NCBI GenBank assembly: GCA_031406795.1 | Contig: JANOHV010000040.1 | Span: 1-34,029, forward strand | Direction of reading: 5' to 3' | Length of the DNA stretch: 34,029 nt | DNA from: Candidatus Rokuibacteriota bacterium | GTDB lineage: Bacteria; JAUVQV01; DATDCY01 | In this document: positions 26,808 through 34,029 of the stretch, in pieces | Layout of the letters: each line of letters opens with the position of its first letter | Numbering within the stretch: position 1 is the first letter of the stretch | Program-made: the position numbers and the translations under genes | The notes under the pieces: model-generated | The model's input: only the letters and a program-made list of their open reading frames with translations | Told to the model about the DNA's origin: nothing | Database searches by the model: none

Positions 26808-28073
26808 CTAGCTCCTTGCCATGGCCTGGATGGCCTTGAGGGCGACCCCGGTGGCGTCCTGCACCGTGCCGGCGACGTCGAGGGGTTTCTTCGCGCAGCC
26901 GACGGCGAAGACCGGCACCGCGCCGGAGGGGCCGGTGGCGAAGCCGTTCGTATCGTAGGCCACGCCGGGCAGCCCGGTCGTCGCGGGCGGCATCCCGGTG
27001 GCGAGAACAACCAGGTCCGCGGTGAGGCGGCGGATGCCGCCGCCGAGGATGTCCTCGACCTCGACGGTGACCTCGCCGGTGGCGGCGTTCTCGGTCACCT
27101 TCGCAACCTTGCCCTTGAGCATGGTGATGTTGTGCTCGGCCTGGGCCTTCACGGAGAAGTCTTCGAGCTTGCCCGGCGCGCGCACGTCGATGTAGCACAT
27201 CGTGATCTCGGCGTCGGGGTGCTGGGCGCGCACGTAGCCGGCCTGCTTGAGCGAGGCCAGGCAGCAGACGGCGGAGCAGTACGGCAGGTGCAGGCGGTCG
27301 CGCGAGCCGGCGCACTGCACGAAAATTACGCGCTTGGGGGCGGCGCCGTCCGAGGGGCGCTGGATCTTGCCGCCCGTGACGCCGCTCGGCGCCGCGAGGC
27401 GCTCCATCATCGCGTTGGTGATCACGTTCTTGGAGGTGCCGAAGCCAAGGGTGTCGATGCGTTTGGCGTCGTAGGGGAGCCAGCCCGTCGCGACGGCCAT
27501 CGCGCCGACCGGGATCTCGAGGGTGCGCTCCTTCATGTCCAGGTCGATCGCGCCGTAGGGGCAGACGGTCGCGCACTTGCCGCAGGATTTCCCGAGGCAG
27601 ACCGAGCCGTCGATGACGAGGCGCTGGGGGTGGGCCATCGCATGGGCGAGATAGACGGCCTTGGTGGTGCCCAGGCCCGCGTTGAAGGCGTCCGGGCGCG
27701 AAACCGGGCAGACCTCGATGCACTTGCCGCAGGCGGTGCACTTCTCGTTCACGTAGCGCGGCTTGACGGTGACGGTGGCCACGGCGTCTTTCGCGCCGCC
27801 GGAGACCTTGGTCACCTCGGCGAGGGTCAGGATCTTGATCGCCGGGTTCTTGCGCAGGCGCTGGAAGTTGATCTCCAGGCCGCAGGTCGGGGGGCACATC
27901 TTCGGGAAGTAAAGGTGGTTCGCCGCCACCCGGCCGCCGACGAAGGCGTTCTTCTCGACGACGACCACCGGCCATCCGGCCTCGGCGGTTTCAACGGCCA
28001 CCGTAAGACCGCCGATGCCGCCGCCGACCACGAGCACGGCCTTGGTCTGCTGCGCTGCCTGTTGTTCCGTCAT
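26808..28073 (-). CDS. qmoA: QmoA (short HdrA-like flavoprotein)
   Basis: VVGGGIGG, YFPKMCPPTCGLEIN, two ferredoxin-type Cys clusters, QCAGSRD...YCSAVCC. Start set at ATG 28073 after AAGGAG. Confidence 0.95.
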   Translation of the reverse strand: MTEQQAAQQTKAVLVVGGGIGGLTVAVETAEAGWPVVVVEKNAFVGGRVAANHLYFPKMCPPTCGLEINFQRLRKNPAIKILTLAEVTKVSGGAKDAVATVTVKPRYVNEKCTACGKCIEVCPVSRPDAFNAGLGTTKAVYLAHAMAHPQRLVIDGSVCLGKSCGKCATVCPYGAIDLDMKERTLEIPVGAMAVATGWLPYDAKRIDTLGFGTSKNVITNAMMERLAAPSGVTGGKIQRPSDGAAPKRVIFVQCAGSRDRLHLPYCSAVCCLASLKQAGYVRAQHPDAEITMCYIDVRAPGKLEDFSVKAQAEHNITMLKGKVAKVTENAATGEVTVEVEDILGGGIRRLTADLVVLATGMPPATTGLPGVAYDTNGFATGPSGAVPVFAVGCAKKPLDVAGTVQDATGVALKAIQAMARS

Positions 28074-28142
28074 GCACGCTCTCCTTGCTGGGTACAAATC
28101 ATCTGCCCGCGGCGGGCGTCAGGGATGTCTGCGAGGGGGTGA

Positions 28143-28181
28143 GAAAAACCCCGGGGAAGGGCCGTGAGACCCTCCCCCGGG
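28143..28181 (-). terminator. Terminator-like hairpin between aprA and qmoA
   Basis: CCCGGGGAAGGG / CCCTCCCCCGGG stem followed on the minus strand by GTTTTTC. Confidence 0.6.
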
Positions 28182-28191
28182 AACGCGACTG

Positions 28192-30198
28192 CTACTCGAA
28201 GAGCTGCTTGTACTCGACCTTCTTCATGGTCCAGGTGTTGGCCTTGGCGTCGTACACGGAGTTCGTGAAGCACTTCCAGTTGACGTCGTCGATCATGTCG
28301 AAGTCGCCGCGGTAGTAGTACCCCGGGTAGCGGCTTTCCTCGCGGAACAGGATGTGCCGGGCGTGCGCCTCGACCGAGAGGATGCGGTGGTAGTTCTCCC
28401 AGCAGCGCATCAGCTCGTGCAGGTTCGCCGCCGCCATGTGCGAGGCGTCCTCCTTGAGCATGTCCAGGAGCTGGAGGCCCGCGTCGAGCATGGTCTTGGA
28501 GGTCATGTACCAGGTGCCGCAACCGCCGAAGTACTCGTCGGCGATCTTCTGCAGCCGGGCCTGGAGCATGTCGGGCTTGATGTAGTGCGGGTTGGTCTTC
28601 GGGTCGGTGGTGAAGGTCTTGTGCTTTTCGTAGACCTCGTAGGGCAGGTACAGCTCGGCGGCGACCTCGTCGGCCGTCTCCTTGATCGTGGGCTTGTAAT
28701 CCGGGTGGTCGAGGATGAACGCGATGGCGGACTTCGCGGCGATGCGCCCCTCGGCGTGCGAGCCCGAGGAGAACTTGTGCCCGGAGGCGCCGCAGACGTC
28801 GCCGATCATGAACAGGCCCGGCACGGTCGACATCCGGTTGTAGCCCCAGTGGTAGTGCGCCGGGGTGCCGGGGATGTCGGCGGGACCCGAGCACCAGAAG
28901 CCGGCGCAGCCGGCGTGCGAGCCGAGCAGGTAGGGCTCCGTGGGCATGATCTCGGAGGGGGACTTGTCGGGCTCGATGTTCTTGGAAGCCCACAGCCCGG
29001 CCTGGCCGATCGCCATGTCGAGGAAGTCCTCCCAGGCCTCGGCCTCGAGGTGCTTGACCTTCTTCTTGCCTTCCTTCTCGCCGAGGGCCGCCACGAACTG
29101 CTTGTTGATGGCGTCCATCGCCTCGTGGGTGCGCATCAGGATCGGACCCTTGCCGGCCTTCATGTCCTTCATCATCAGGTGGTTGCGGATGGCGGTGCCC
29201 ATCGCGTCCACGTACTTGCCGTACTTCGCCCGCGCTTCGGCGAGGTAGGCCTCGTTCGTGCAGTAGTCCTCACCCAGGGCGTTGGTCGCCTTCGCCTTGA
29301 AGAAGAGGAACCACGCGCCGACCGGCCCGTAGCCGTCCTTGAAGCGCGCGGGCACGAAGCGGTTCTCCATCAGGGTCATCTCGGCGCCGGCCTGCATGCC
29401 GAGCGCGTAGCCGGAGCCGGAGTTCCAGACGGGGTACCAGGCGCGGCCCTGGCCTTCCTTCGTGGAACGGGGGCGGAAGACGTTGACCGCGCCGCCGGCG
29501 GCGTTGATCATCGCCTTGGCCTTGAAGATGTAGATCTTGTTCTCGCGCACCGAGTAGCCCGCCGCCGCCGCGACGCGCTTCGGGTCGTTGGCGTCGTGGA
29601 AGAGCTTGACGATGAAGACGCGCTCGAAATGGTTCTGGTCGACGCCGGTCTTCTTGCGGTTGTACTCCAGCGCCTTCTTGGCGGCCTCGGCCACGATGAC
29701 CTTGTAGGACTCGCCGTTGATCATGATCTGCCACTTGCCCGAGCGCACCGGCGTGCCGCCGTCCTTGAGCATCTTCTTGCCGGCGTCGCGCGCCTGGAAG
29801 CCGTCGAGCGAGAAGCCGTCGTCGCCCTTCTTCCAGATCGGCAGGCCCCACTCCTCGAAGAGGTGCACGGAGTCATCCACGTGCCGGCCCAGGTCGTAGG
29901 TGAGGTCCTCGCGGGTGATGCCCATCAGGTCGGCGCGGACGTACTTGACGTAGTCCTCGACCTTGTTCTCGCCGACGTAGGTGTTGATCGCCGAGAGGCC
30001 CATCGCGACGGCGCCGGAGCGGTCCGTGGCGGCCTTGTCGACCATGGTGATCTTGATGCCCTTGGCGTCAGCCCAGCGGGCGGCCTCGTAGGCGGCGCCG
30101 CAGCAGGCCATGCCGCCGCCGATGAGCAGCAGGTCGGTCTCGATCTCGATGACCTTGGGCTTTTCGCAGAAGGAGAAGGTGCAGGTAGTTTTTTCCAT
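28192..30198 (-). CDS. aprA: Adenylylsulfate (APS) reductase subunit alpha
   Basis: RSGAVAMGLSAINTY, WQIMINGESYK, RAWYPVWN, ENRFVPARFKDGYGPVGAW, GHKFSSGS, EESRYPGYYYR. Confidence 0.98.
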   Translation of the reverse strand: MEKTTCTFSFCEKPKVIEIETDLLLIGGGMACCGAAYEAARWADAKGIKITMVDKAATDRSGAVAMGLSAINTYVGENKVEDYVKYVRADLMGITREDLTYDLGRHVDDSVHLFEEWGLPIWKKGDDGFSLDGFQARDAGKKMLKDGGTPVRSGKWQIMINGESYKVIVAEAAKKALEYNRKKTGVDQNHFERVFIVKLFHDANDPKRVAAAAGYSVRENKIYIFKAKAMINAAGGAVNVFRPRSTKEGQGRAWYPVWNSGSGYALGMQAGAEMTLMENRFVPARFKDGYGPVGAWFLFFKAKATNALGEDYCTNEAYLAEARAKYGKYVDAMGTAIRNHLMMKDMKAGKGPILMRTHEAMDAINKQFVAALGEKEGKKKVKHLEAEAWEDFLDMAIGQAGLWASKNIEPDKSPSEIMPTEPYLLGSHAGCAGFWCSGPADIPGTPAHYHWGYNRMSTVPGLFMIGDVCGASGHKFSSGSHAEGRIAAKSAIAFILDHPDYKPTIKETADEVAAELYLPYEVYEKHKTFTTDPKTNPHYIKPDMLQARLQKIADEYFGGCGTWYMTSKTMLDAGLQLLDMLKEDASHMAAANLHELMRCWENYHRILSVEAHARHILFREESRYPGYYYRGDFDMIDDVNWKCFTNSVYDAKANTWTMKKVEYKQLFE

Positions 30199-30230
30199 GC
30201 TGTTTTATTCCTCCTTGGTCCGGCCGGCGG

Positions 30231-30647
30231 TTACTTGCGGGCCTCGGAATTGAAGAAACCGGAGCTCTTGAGCTTGGCGAAATCGGGCTCGGGCTTGCCG
30301 GTGTACAGGTCGATCGACCCTTCGACGGTGGTGCGGATCGGGAACTTGAAGCGCTTGATGATCCCGTTGCGGAACTTCACCGTCCACATGATGGAGTCGG
30401 TGGAGCGCATCGGGATGACGTTCGCGCCGAGGGGGGCGAAATCCTGGTAGGCCCGGACCTCGATCGCCTGCTGGGGGCAGATCTTCACGCAGTTGTAGCA
30501 CTCCCAGCACTGGTCGGTTTCCTGGTTGGTGGCCTTCATGATGTCGCGGTTGAGCACCATCAGGTCGTTGGGGCAAATGTACTGGCAGGCGGTCTTGTCC
30601 TGCCCTTTGCACCCGTCGCACTTTTCCGTGAGAACATAACTCGGCAT
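30231..30647 (-). CDS. aprB: Adenylylsulfate reductase subunit beta
   Basis: MPSYV...CDGC...CQYICP, CWECYNCVKICP, WTVKFRNG...RFKFPIRTT. ATG 30647 after AAGGAGGAG. Confidence 0.98.
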   Translation of the reverse strand: MPSYVLTEKCDGCKGQDKTACQYICPNDLMVLNRDIMKATNQETDQCWECYNCVKICPQQAIEVRAYQDFAPLGANVIPMRSTDSIMWTVKFRNGIIKRFKFPIRTTVEGSIDLYTGKPEPDFAKLKSSGFFNSEARK

Positions 30648-30847
30648 CAGCTCTCCTCCTTGTTGACGGTCCCGACAGCGGGACACTCCTGGGAACCTGC
30701 GATTCCCGTTCTGGGTAACCTGCGTGCGCTTCCTTTCCGGCCGTCACCTCCCTGTCCAAAGCCCTCGTCCAGTCGTAACCCGTTCCCGTTGGTCGCTTCA
30801 CACCGGACGAAGCGTGCCGCCGGCGCGGTGAATCACGCGTTCTTCAT

Positions 30848-30863
30848 AGCAAAATCCATACCA
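30848..30863 (-). promoter_or_regulatory. Sigma54 (-24/-12) promoter upstream of aprB
   Basis: Minus strand TGGTATGGATTTTGCT: GG-N10-GC spacing with TTGC, matching TGGCACG-N4-TTGCW. Confidence 0.7.
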
Positions 30864-31152
30864 GAATCGCTGCCGAGGCCGAAGTCGGGAAATACTGAAT
30901 TTCAGCGGCGACAAAAGGGTCTTGTGGTGGTGCAATCTTTCACAGCTTCGAGCAATGCCAACTTGTCAGGTCGCTCTGTCAGGCTGTCAGTGCGGCCATC
31001 ATACTGAGGGTTCGGCACTGCCCATCCTCCGCCGGCGGGGGGAGATTTCAGTTCATTGAGCGGCGATCAGCCGAGGGCTCGAATCTTGCACCATTGTTCA
31101 CACGAATGTTGTAATCTGGGTAAGGTATAAACCAACAAGGGAGGTAGCGGAC

Positions 31153-32457
31153 ATGAAGAAGATTTTTTCGGCACTCGCAGTGACGGCACTTCTGGGCGCG
31201 ATCGGGGTTGTCCCGGCCGGTGCCACCAACGGCATGGACATGATCGGGTATGGAACGCGCGCGATCGGGATGGGCGGTGCGGACGTCGCGGTCGCCGGCG
31301 ACGCGGGGAACGTCAGCGGCAACCCGGCGGCGGTTTCCGAGGCGAGTCCGAGTTCGGCGAACATCGGCGTCACGTTCCTGATGCCGACGCTGAGCCTCAA
31401 GCACAACACGCCGGCCGGCCCCGATTCGGTCGACGGCGAGTCGGCCGGCTTCAGTTTCTGGATGCCGCAGATCGGGTATGTGCACCGGCTGAAAGACAGC
31501 CCGCTGGCTTTCGGCTTCGGCCTGTACGCCCAGGGCGGCATGGGCGTGGACTTCCAGGACGTCAACACCGGTATGGGCACCCAGGACGAGCTGACGTCGC
31601 AGGTTTCCTTCATGCGGTTCAATCCGCTGCTTTCCTACACGCTCAACGAAGCCGTCAGTCTCGGGGCGACGCTGATGGTGGGCTATTCGCAGGCTCAATT
31701 CTCGTTCTACCCGGGGACCTACTCGGCGGGGCCGGACGGCACGCCCGGCACGGGGGATGACTTCGCGGGCATGGACGTCACGGGGCTCAAGAGCTTCGGC
31801 TTCGCCGGGCGCGTCGGGGCCCAGGTCAAGCTCGGGCCGATGGTGCGCCTCGGTGCGACGTACACCAGCGAGTCGACGATCAAGCTCGAGGACGGCAACG
31901 CCAAGCTGAACTTCGGCCAGATGAAGGTCAACTACGACGCCGAAATGCAGGACTTCACCTGGCCCCAGGAGATCGAAGCGGGCGTCGCGCTCATGCCGGC
32001 GAGGGGGCTCACCGTCGCGTTCGACGTCAAGTGGATCAACTGGTCGGCCGCGATCGACCAGCCTCTGCTGAAAATCTCCAGCCCCGACCAGCTCGTCGGG
32101 TTGACCTCGCGTGAGATCGCCTTCGACATGGCCTGGGAGGACCAGTTTGTCTACGCGATCGGCGTGGAATACGCGCTCAACAGCACGCAGACGCTGCGGG
32201 CGGGGTACAACTATGGCAAGAACCCGGTCCCGGATGCGAATCTCAACCCGCTCTTCCCCGCGATCGTCGAGCATCACCTGACGCTCGGGTACGGGCTGGG
32301 GCGCGGGCCGTGGAGTCTGAACCTGGCGTACGAGCACGCCTTCGAGAACTCCCAGGTCAACAACAACACGAACCAGCAGGTCAATAACTTCGGTCCCGGG
32401 CTGGAAGTCAGCCACTCCCAGAACACTTTCAGTCTAGAGGCGACCTACCGCTACTAA
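31153..32457 (+). CDS. FadL/OmpP1/TodX-family outer-membrane transport protein
   Basis: Signal peptide, hatch-like TNGMDMIGYGTRAIGMGG...NPA, LRAGYNYGKNP, HHLTLG, C-terminal YRY; RBS GGGAGG. Confidence 0.88.
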   Translation: MKKIFSALAVTALLGAIGVVPAGATNGMDMIGYGTRAIGMGGADVAVAGDAGNVSGNPAAVSEASPSSANIGVTFLMPTLSLKHNTPAGPDSVDGESAGFSFWMPQIGYVHRLKDSPLAFGFGLYAQGGMGVDFQDVNTGMGTQDELTSQVSFMRFNPLLSYTLNEAVSLGATLMVGYSQAQFSFYPGTYSAGPDGTPGTGDDFAGMDVTGLKSFGFAGRVGAQVKLGPMVRLGATYTSESTIKLEDGNAKLNFGQMKVNYDAEMQDFTWPQEIEAGVALMPARGLTVAFDVKWINWSAAIDQPLLKISSPDQLVGLTSREIAFDMAWEDQFVYAIGVEYALNSTQTLRAGYNYGKNPVPDANLNPLFPAIVEHHLTLGYGLGRGPWSLNLAYEHAFENSQVNNNTNQQVNNFGPGLEVSHSQNTFSLEATYRY

Positions 32458-32488
32458 GCCGGCGGCGTACACCTCAGGGTGAGTATCT

Positions 32489-32527
32489 CGGGGCTCCGGC
32501 CATGCGCCGGGGCCCCGCTTTCGTTTG
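32489..32527 (+). terminator. Intrinsic terminator after the FadL-like gene
   Basis: CGGGGCTCCGGC / GCCGGGGCCCCG stem followed by CTTTCGTTT. Confidence 0.65.
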
Positions 32528-32533
32528 TGCGGG

Positions 32534-33553
32534 TTATCGGGGAGAGGTTCCCTTCCCGGCTTCATGTTTCGTCTCGGGTTCGAGCCAGATCTGCAGCAGA
32601 GCCTGCTCCCCGGGCAGAACCGTGAGTTCGCCCTTCCAGGTGCGCGAATCGGGCCTGGAGAGCTCGAGCGGGTACGCCCCGGGCGCCAGCCGTGAGAACT
32701 CCACGGGGGTCTTCTGCCGCAGCAGGACCCCATTGAACTTGATCGAGGCCCCCGGGGGGTCGGTCTCGATCCGCGCCCCGCCGACTTCCTGCGCCGGCAG
32801 ATGCCGCAACGAGACCAGCAGGTTCTCGCTGTGACCCTCGCGGATCACCGCGGCGCCGCGCCAGGCGCGAAAGCCGTCGAGGCGCAGTTCCACCCGGTGA
32901 TTCCCGGGGGGGAGGCCGTCGAGGCGCTGCGGCGTGAACTTGCCGGTTGTCAGGCCGTCGAGGAAGATCTCCGCGCGCGGAGGCTGGGATTGCACGGCCA
33001 GCGTGCCGCAACTGCTGCGGGAGGGCGTGAGATGGGCCTGGATCTCCATCGCGCGGTTCTGCGTGATGACCACGGCCTGGGACCAGTCTTCGAAGCCGAT
33101 GCGGCGCAGCTGCACCGTGTGGGTCCCGACCATCAGCTGCGGGACGACCGTCGGCGTGCGCTGGTCGAACGGCAGGCCGTCGATGAGGATCGCCGCGCCC
33201 GCGGGGACGCTGCCGATGCCGAGGGTTCCGGACGCCAGCGGCGTCAGGATCGCTTCGACCCGCAGCGTGTCCCCCGGGCCGAGGCGCACGGTCTCCTCGG
33301 CGTTTCGGTGGCCGGCCAGCGAGAGGGTGATGCGGTGCACGCCGGGCGGGAGCGGGAAAGCCGTCGGGGAGCGGAAGCCCGTTGCCTTGCCATCGACGAT
33401 GATGCGGGCGCCGGCGGGCGCCGACCAGACCTGCAGCAGGCTGGCCGTGCCGTCGGGTTTCCCGGAATCGGGCGTGGGAGCCGTTGCGCACGCGGCGAGG
33501 GTGACGAGGGCACCGATCAGGAGGCCGAGGCTCGCGGACCTGCGCCAGTTCAT
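32534..33553 (-). CDS. PEGA-repeat lipoprotein (four repeats)
   Basis: Lipobox TLAAC; four repeats of (S/T)xPxxAxIxx(D/N)G...(S/T)P...G.(H/Y). Start set at ATG 33553. Confidence 0.85.
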   Translation of the reverse strand: MNWRRSASLGLLIGALVTLAACATAPTPDSGKPDGTASLLQVWSAPAGARIIVDGKATGFRSPTAFPLPPGVHRITLSLAGHRNAEETVRLGPGDTLRVEAILTPLASGTLGIGSVPAGAAILIDGLPFDQRTPTVVPQLMVGTHTVQLRRIGFEDWSQAVVITQNRAMEIQAHLTPSRSSCGTLAVQSQPPRAEIFLDGLTTGKFTPQRLDGLPPGNHRVELRLDGFRAWRGAAVIREGHSENLLVSLRHLPAQEVGGARIETDPPGASIKFNGVLLRQKTPVEFSRLAPGAYPLELSRPDSRTWKGELTVLPGEQALLQIWLEPETKHEAGKGTSPR

Positions 33554-33618
33554 GATACGTGGAATAGCGCCGACCCGGGTCGGTGTCAAGCGCCGGCCCG
33601 GGTCGGCGCGCGTTCCCG

Positions 33619-34029
33619 TCAGTGGATCGCGATGCGGACCGTGGGGGAGCGCTCCTCCTGGGCGGGGATCCGCACCTGGAACGTGTGCGCTCCGGGCTCG
33701 ATCGGCCAGCGCAGGGTGTACGGGTATCCGGCGATGCGCCAGGGGCGGCCGTCGACGTACCAGATCAGCTCCGGCGGCGCGGGCTCGGCCTCAGCCTGCA
33801 AAGCGATGGTTGACGATCCCGCAGGCACTTCAGGGTCGGCGAGGAGGACCGCGCCCGCTTCGGGAGAGCTGACGCGCAGCCGGGCGGCCTGCGTGCCGCG
33901 CAGAGCCGCCGGAGGCCTGCTCCCGGCAACCGCCGCGGCGGCGCGGTGATCGCACACCTCCCGCGGCTCCTGCCCCGGAGCGAGCCACTCGGCGCTGACC
34001 CGATCGCAGGCGGCCCCGGGCACCAGTCC
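33619..34029 (-). CDS. pbpC: Penicillin-binding protein 1C C-terminal domain (partial, window edge)
   Basis: LRVSSPEAGAVLLADP...LIWYVDG...RWPIEPGAHTF resembles the PBP1C C-terminal beta domain; the frame is open to the window end. Confidence 0.65.
   Translation of the reverse strand, partial: GLVPGAACDRVSAEWLAPGQEPREVCDHRAAAAVAGSRPPAALRGTQAARLRVSSPEAGAVLLADPEVPAGSSTIALQAEAEPAPPELIWYVDGRPWRIAGYPYTLRWPIEPGAHTFQVRIPAQEERSPTVRIAIH

Noticed and set aside
24674-28073. Methanogen-type heterodisulfide reductase HdrA genes
   Set aside because: Domain layout and position between aprA and qmoC identify them as QmoA and QmoB.
23507-30450. Long plus-strand ORFs (1110, 446 and 698 aa)
   Set aside because: Antisense shadows of qmoABC and aprA.
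30944-30961. Second sigma54-like element TTGGCATTGCTCGAAGC (minus strand)
   Set aside because: GG-to-GC spacing is 11 nt rather than 10, and TTGC is misplaced.
30928-31103. CRP- or Rex-like half-sites (TTCACA) between aprB and the FadL-like gene
   Set aside because: Partner half-sites match poorly; not supportable.
1-34029. CRISPR array, tRNA or rRNA genes, intact transposase or integrase
   Set aside because: No repeat-spacer array, RNA-gene signature or full-length mobile-element gene was seen by eye; a covariance-model scan was not run.

Overview
High-GC bacterial chromosomal window with four blocks. (1) 1-9090: phosphonate locus. The 3' end of a C-P lyase operon (phnK fragment, phnL, phnM, phnO, inositol-monophosphatase-family gene, 2H phosphoesterase) converges on a porin-phnC-phnD-phnE-metallophosphoesterase unit that has a Pho-box-like repeat upstream. 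(2) 9146-15772: a REC-PilZ gene, then a VIT/vWA PEP-CTERM protein with an exosortase K-like enzyme. An 11-bp-periodic cre-tag-like array precedes the VIT gene, and the pair converges on creBC, which lies directly downstream of a vapBC toxin-antitoxin pair. (3) 15885-22090: accessory patch with back-to-back TetR and DUF4386-like fragments, an MDR oxidoreductase, an NAD(P)-binding protein, an AAA_14/DUF4143 ATPase, a histidine phosphatase, a PLD/cardiolipin-synthase-like gene with a broken HKD motif and an IS91-like remnant. (4) 21795-34029: dissimilatory sulfur operon aprB-aprA-qmoA-qmoB-qmoC-sat behind a sigma54-type promoter, a divergent FadL-family outer-membrane channel, a PEGA lipoprotein and the 3' end of pbpC. 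All family calls come from motif recognition and recalled family features; no database search was run. No rRNA, tRNA or CRISPR array was seen.
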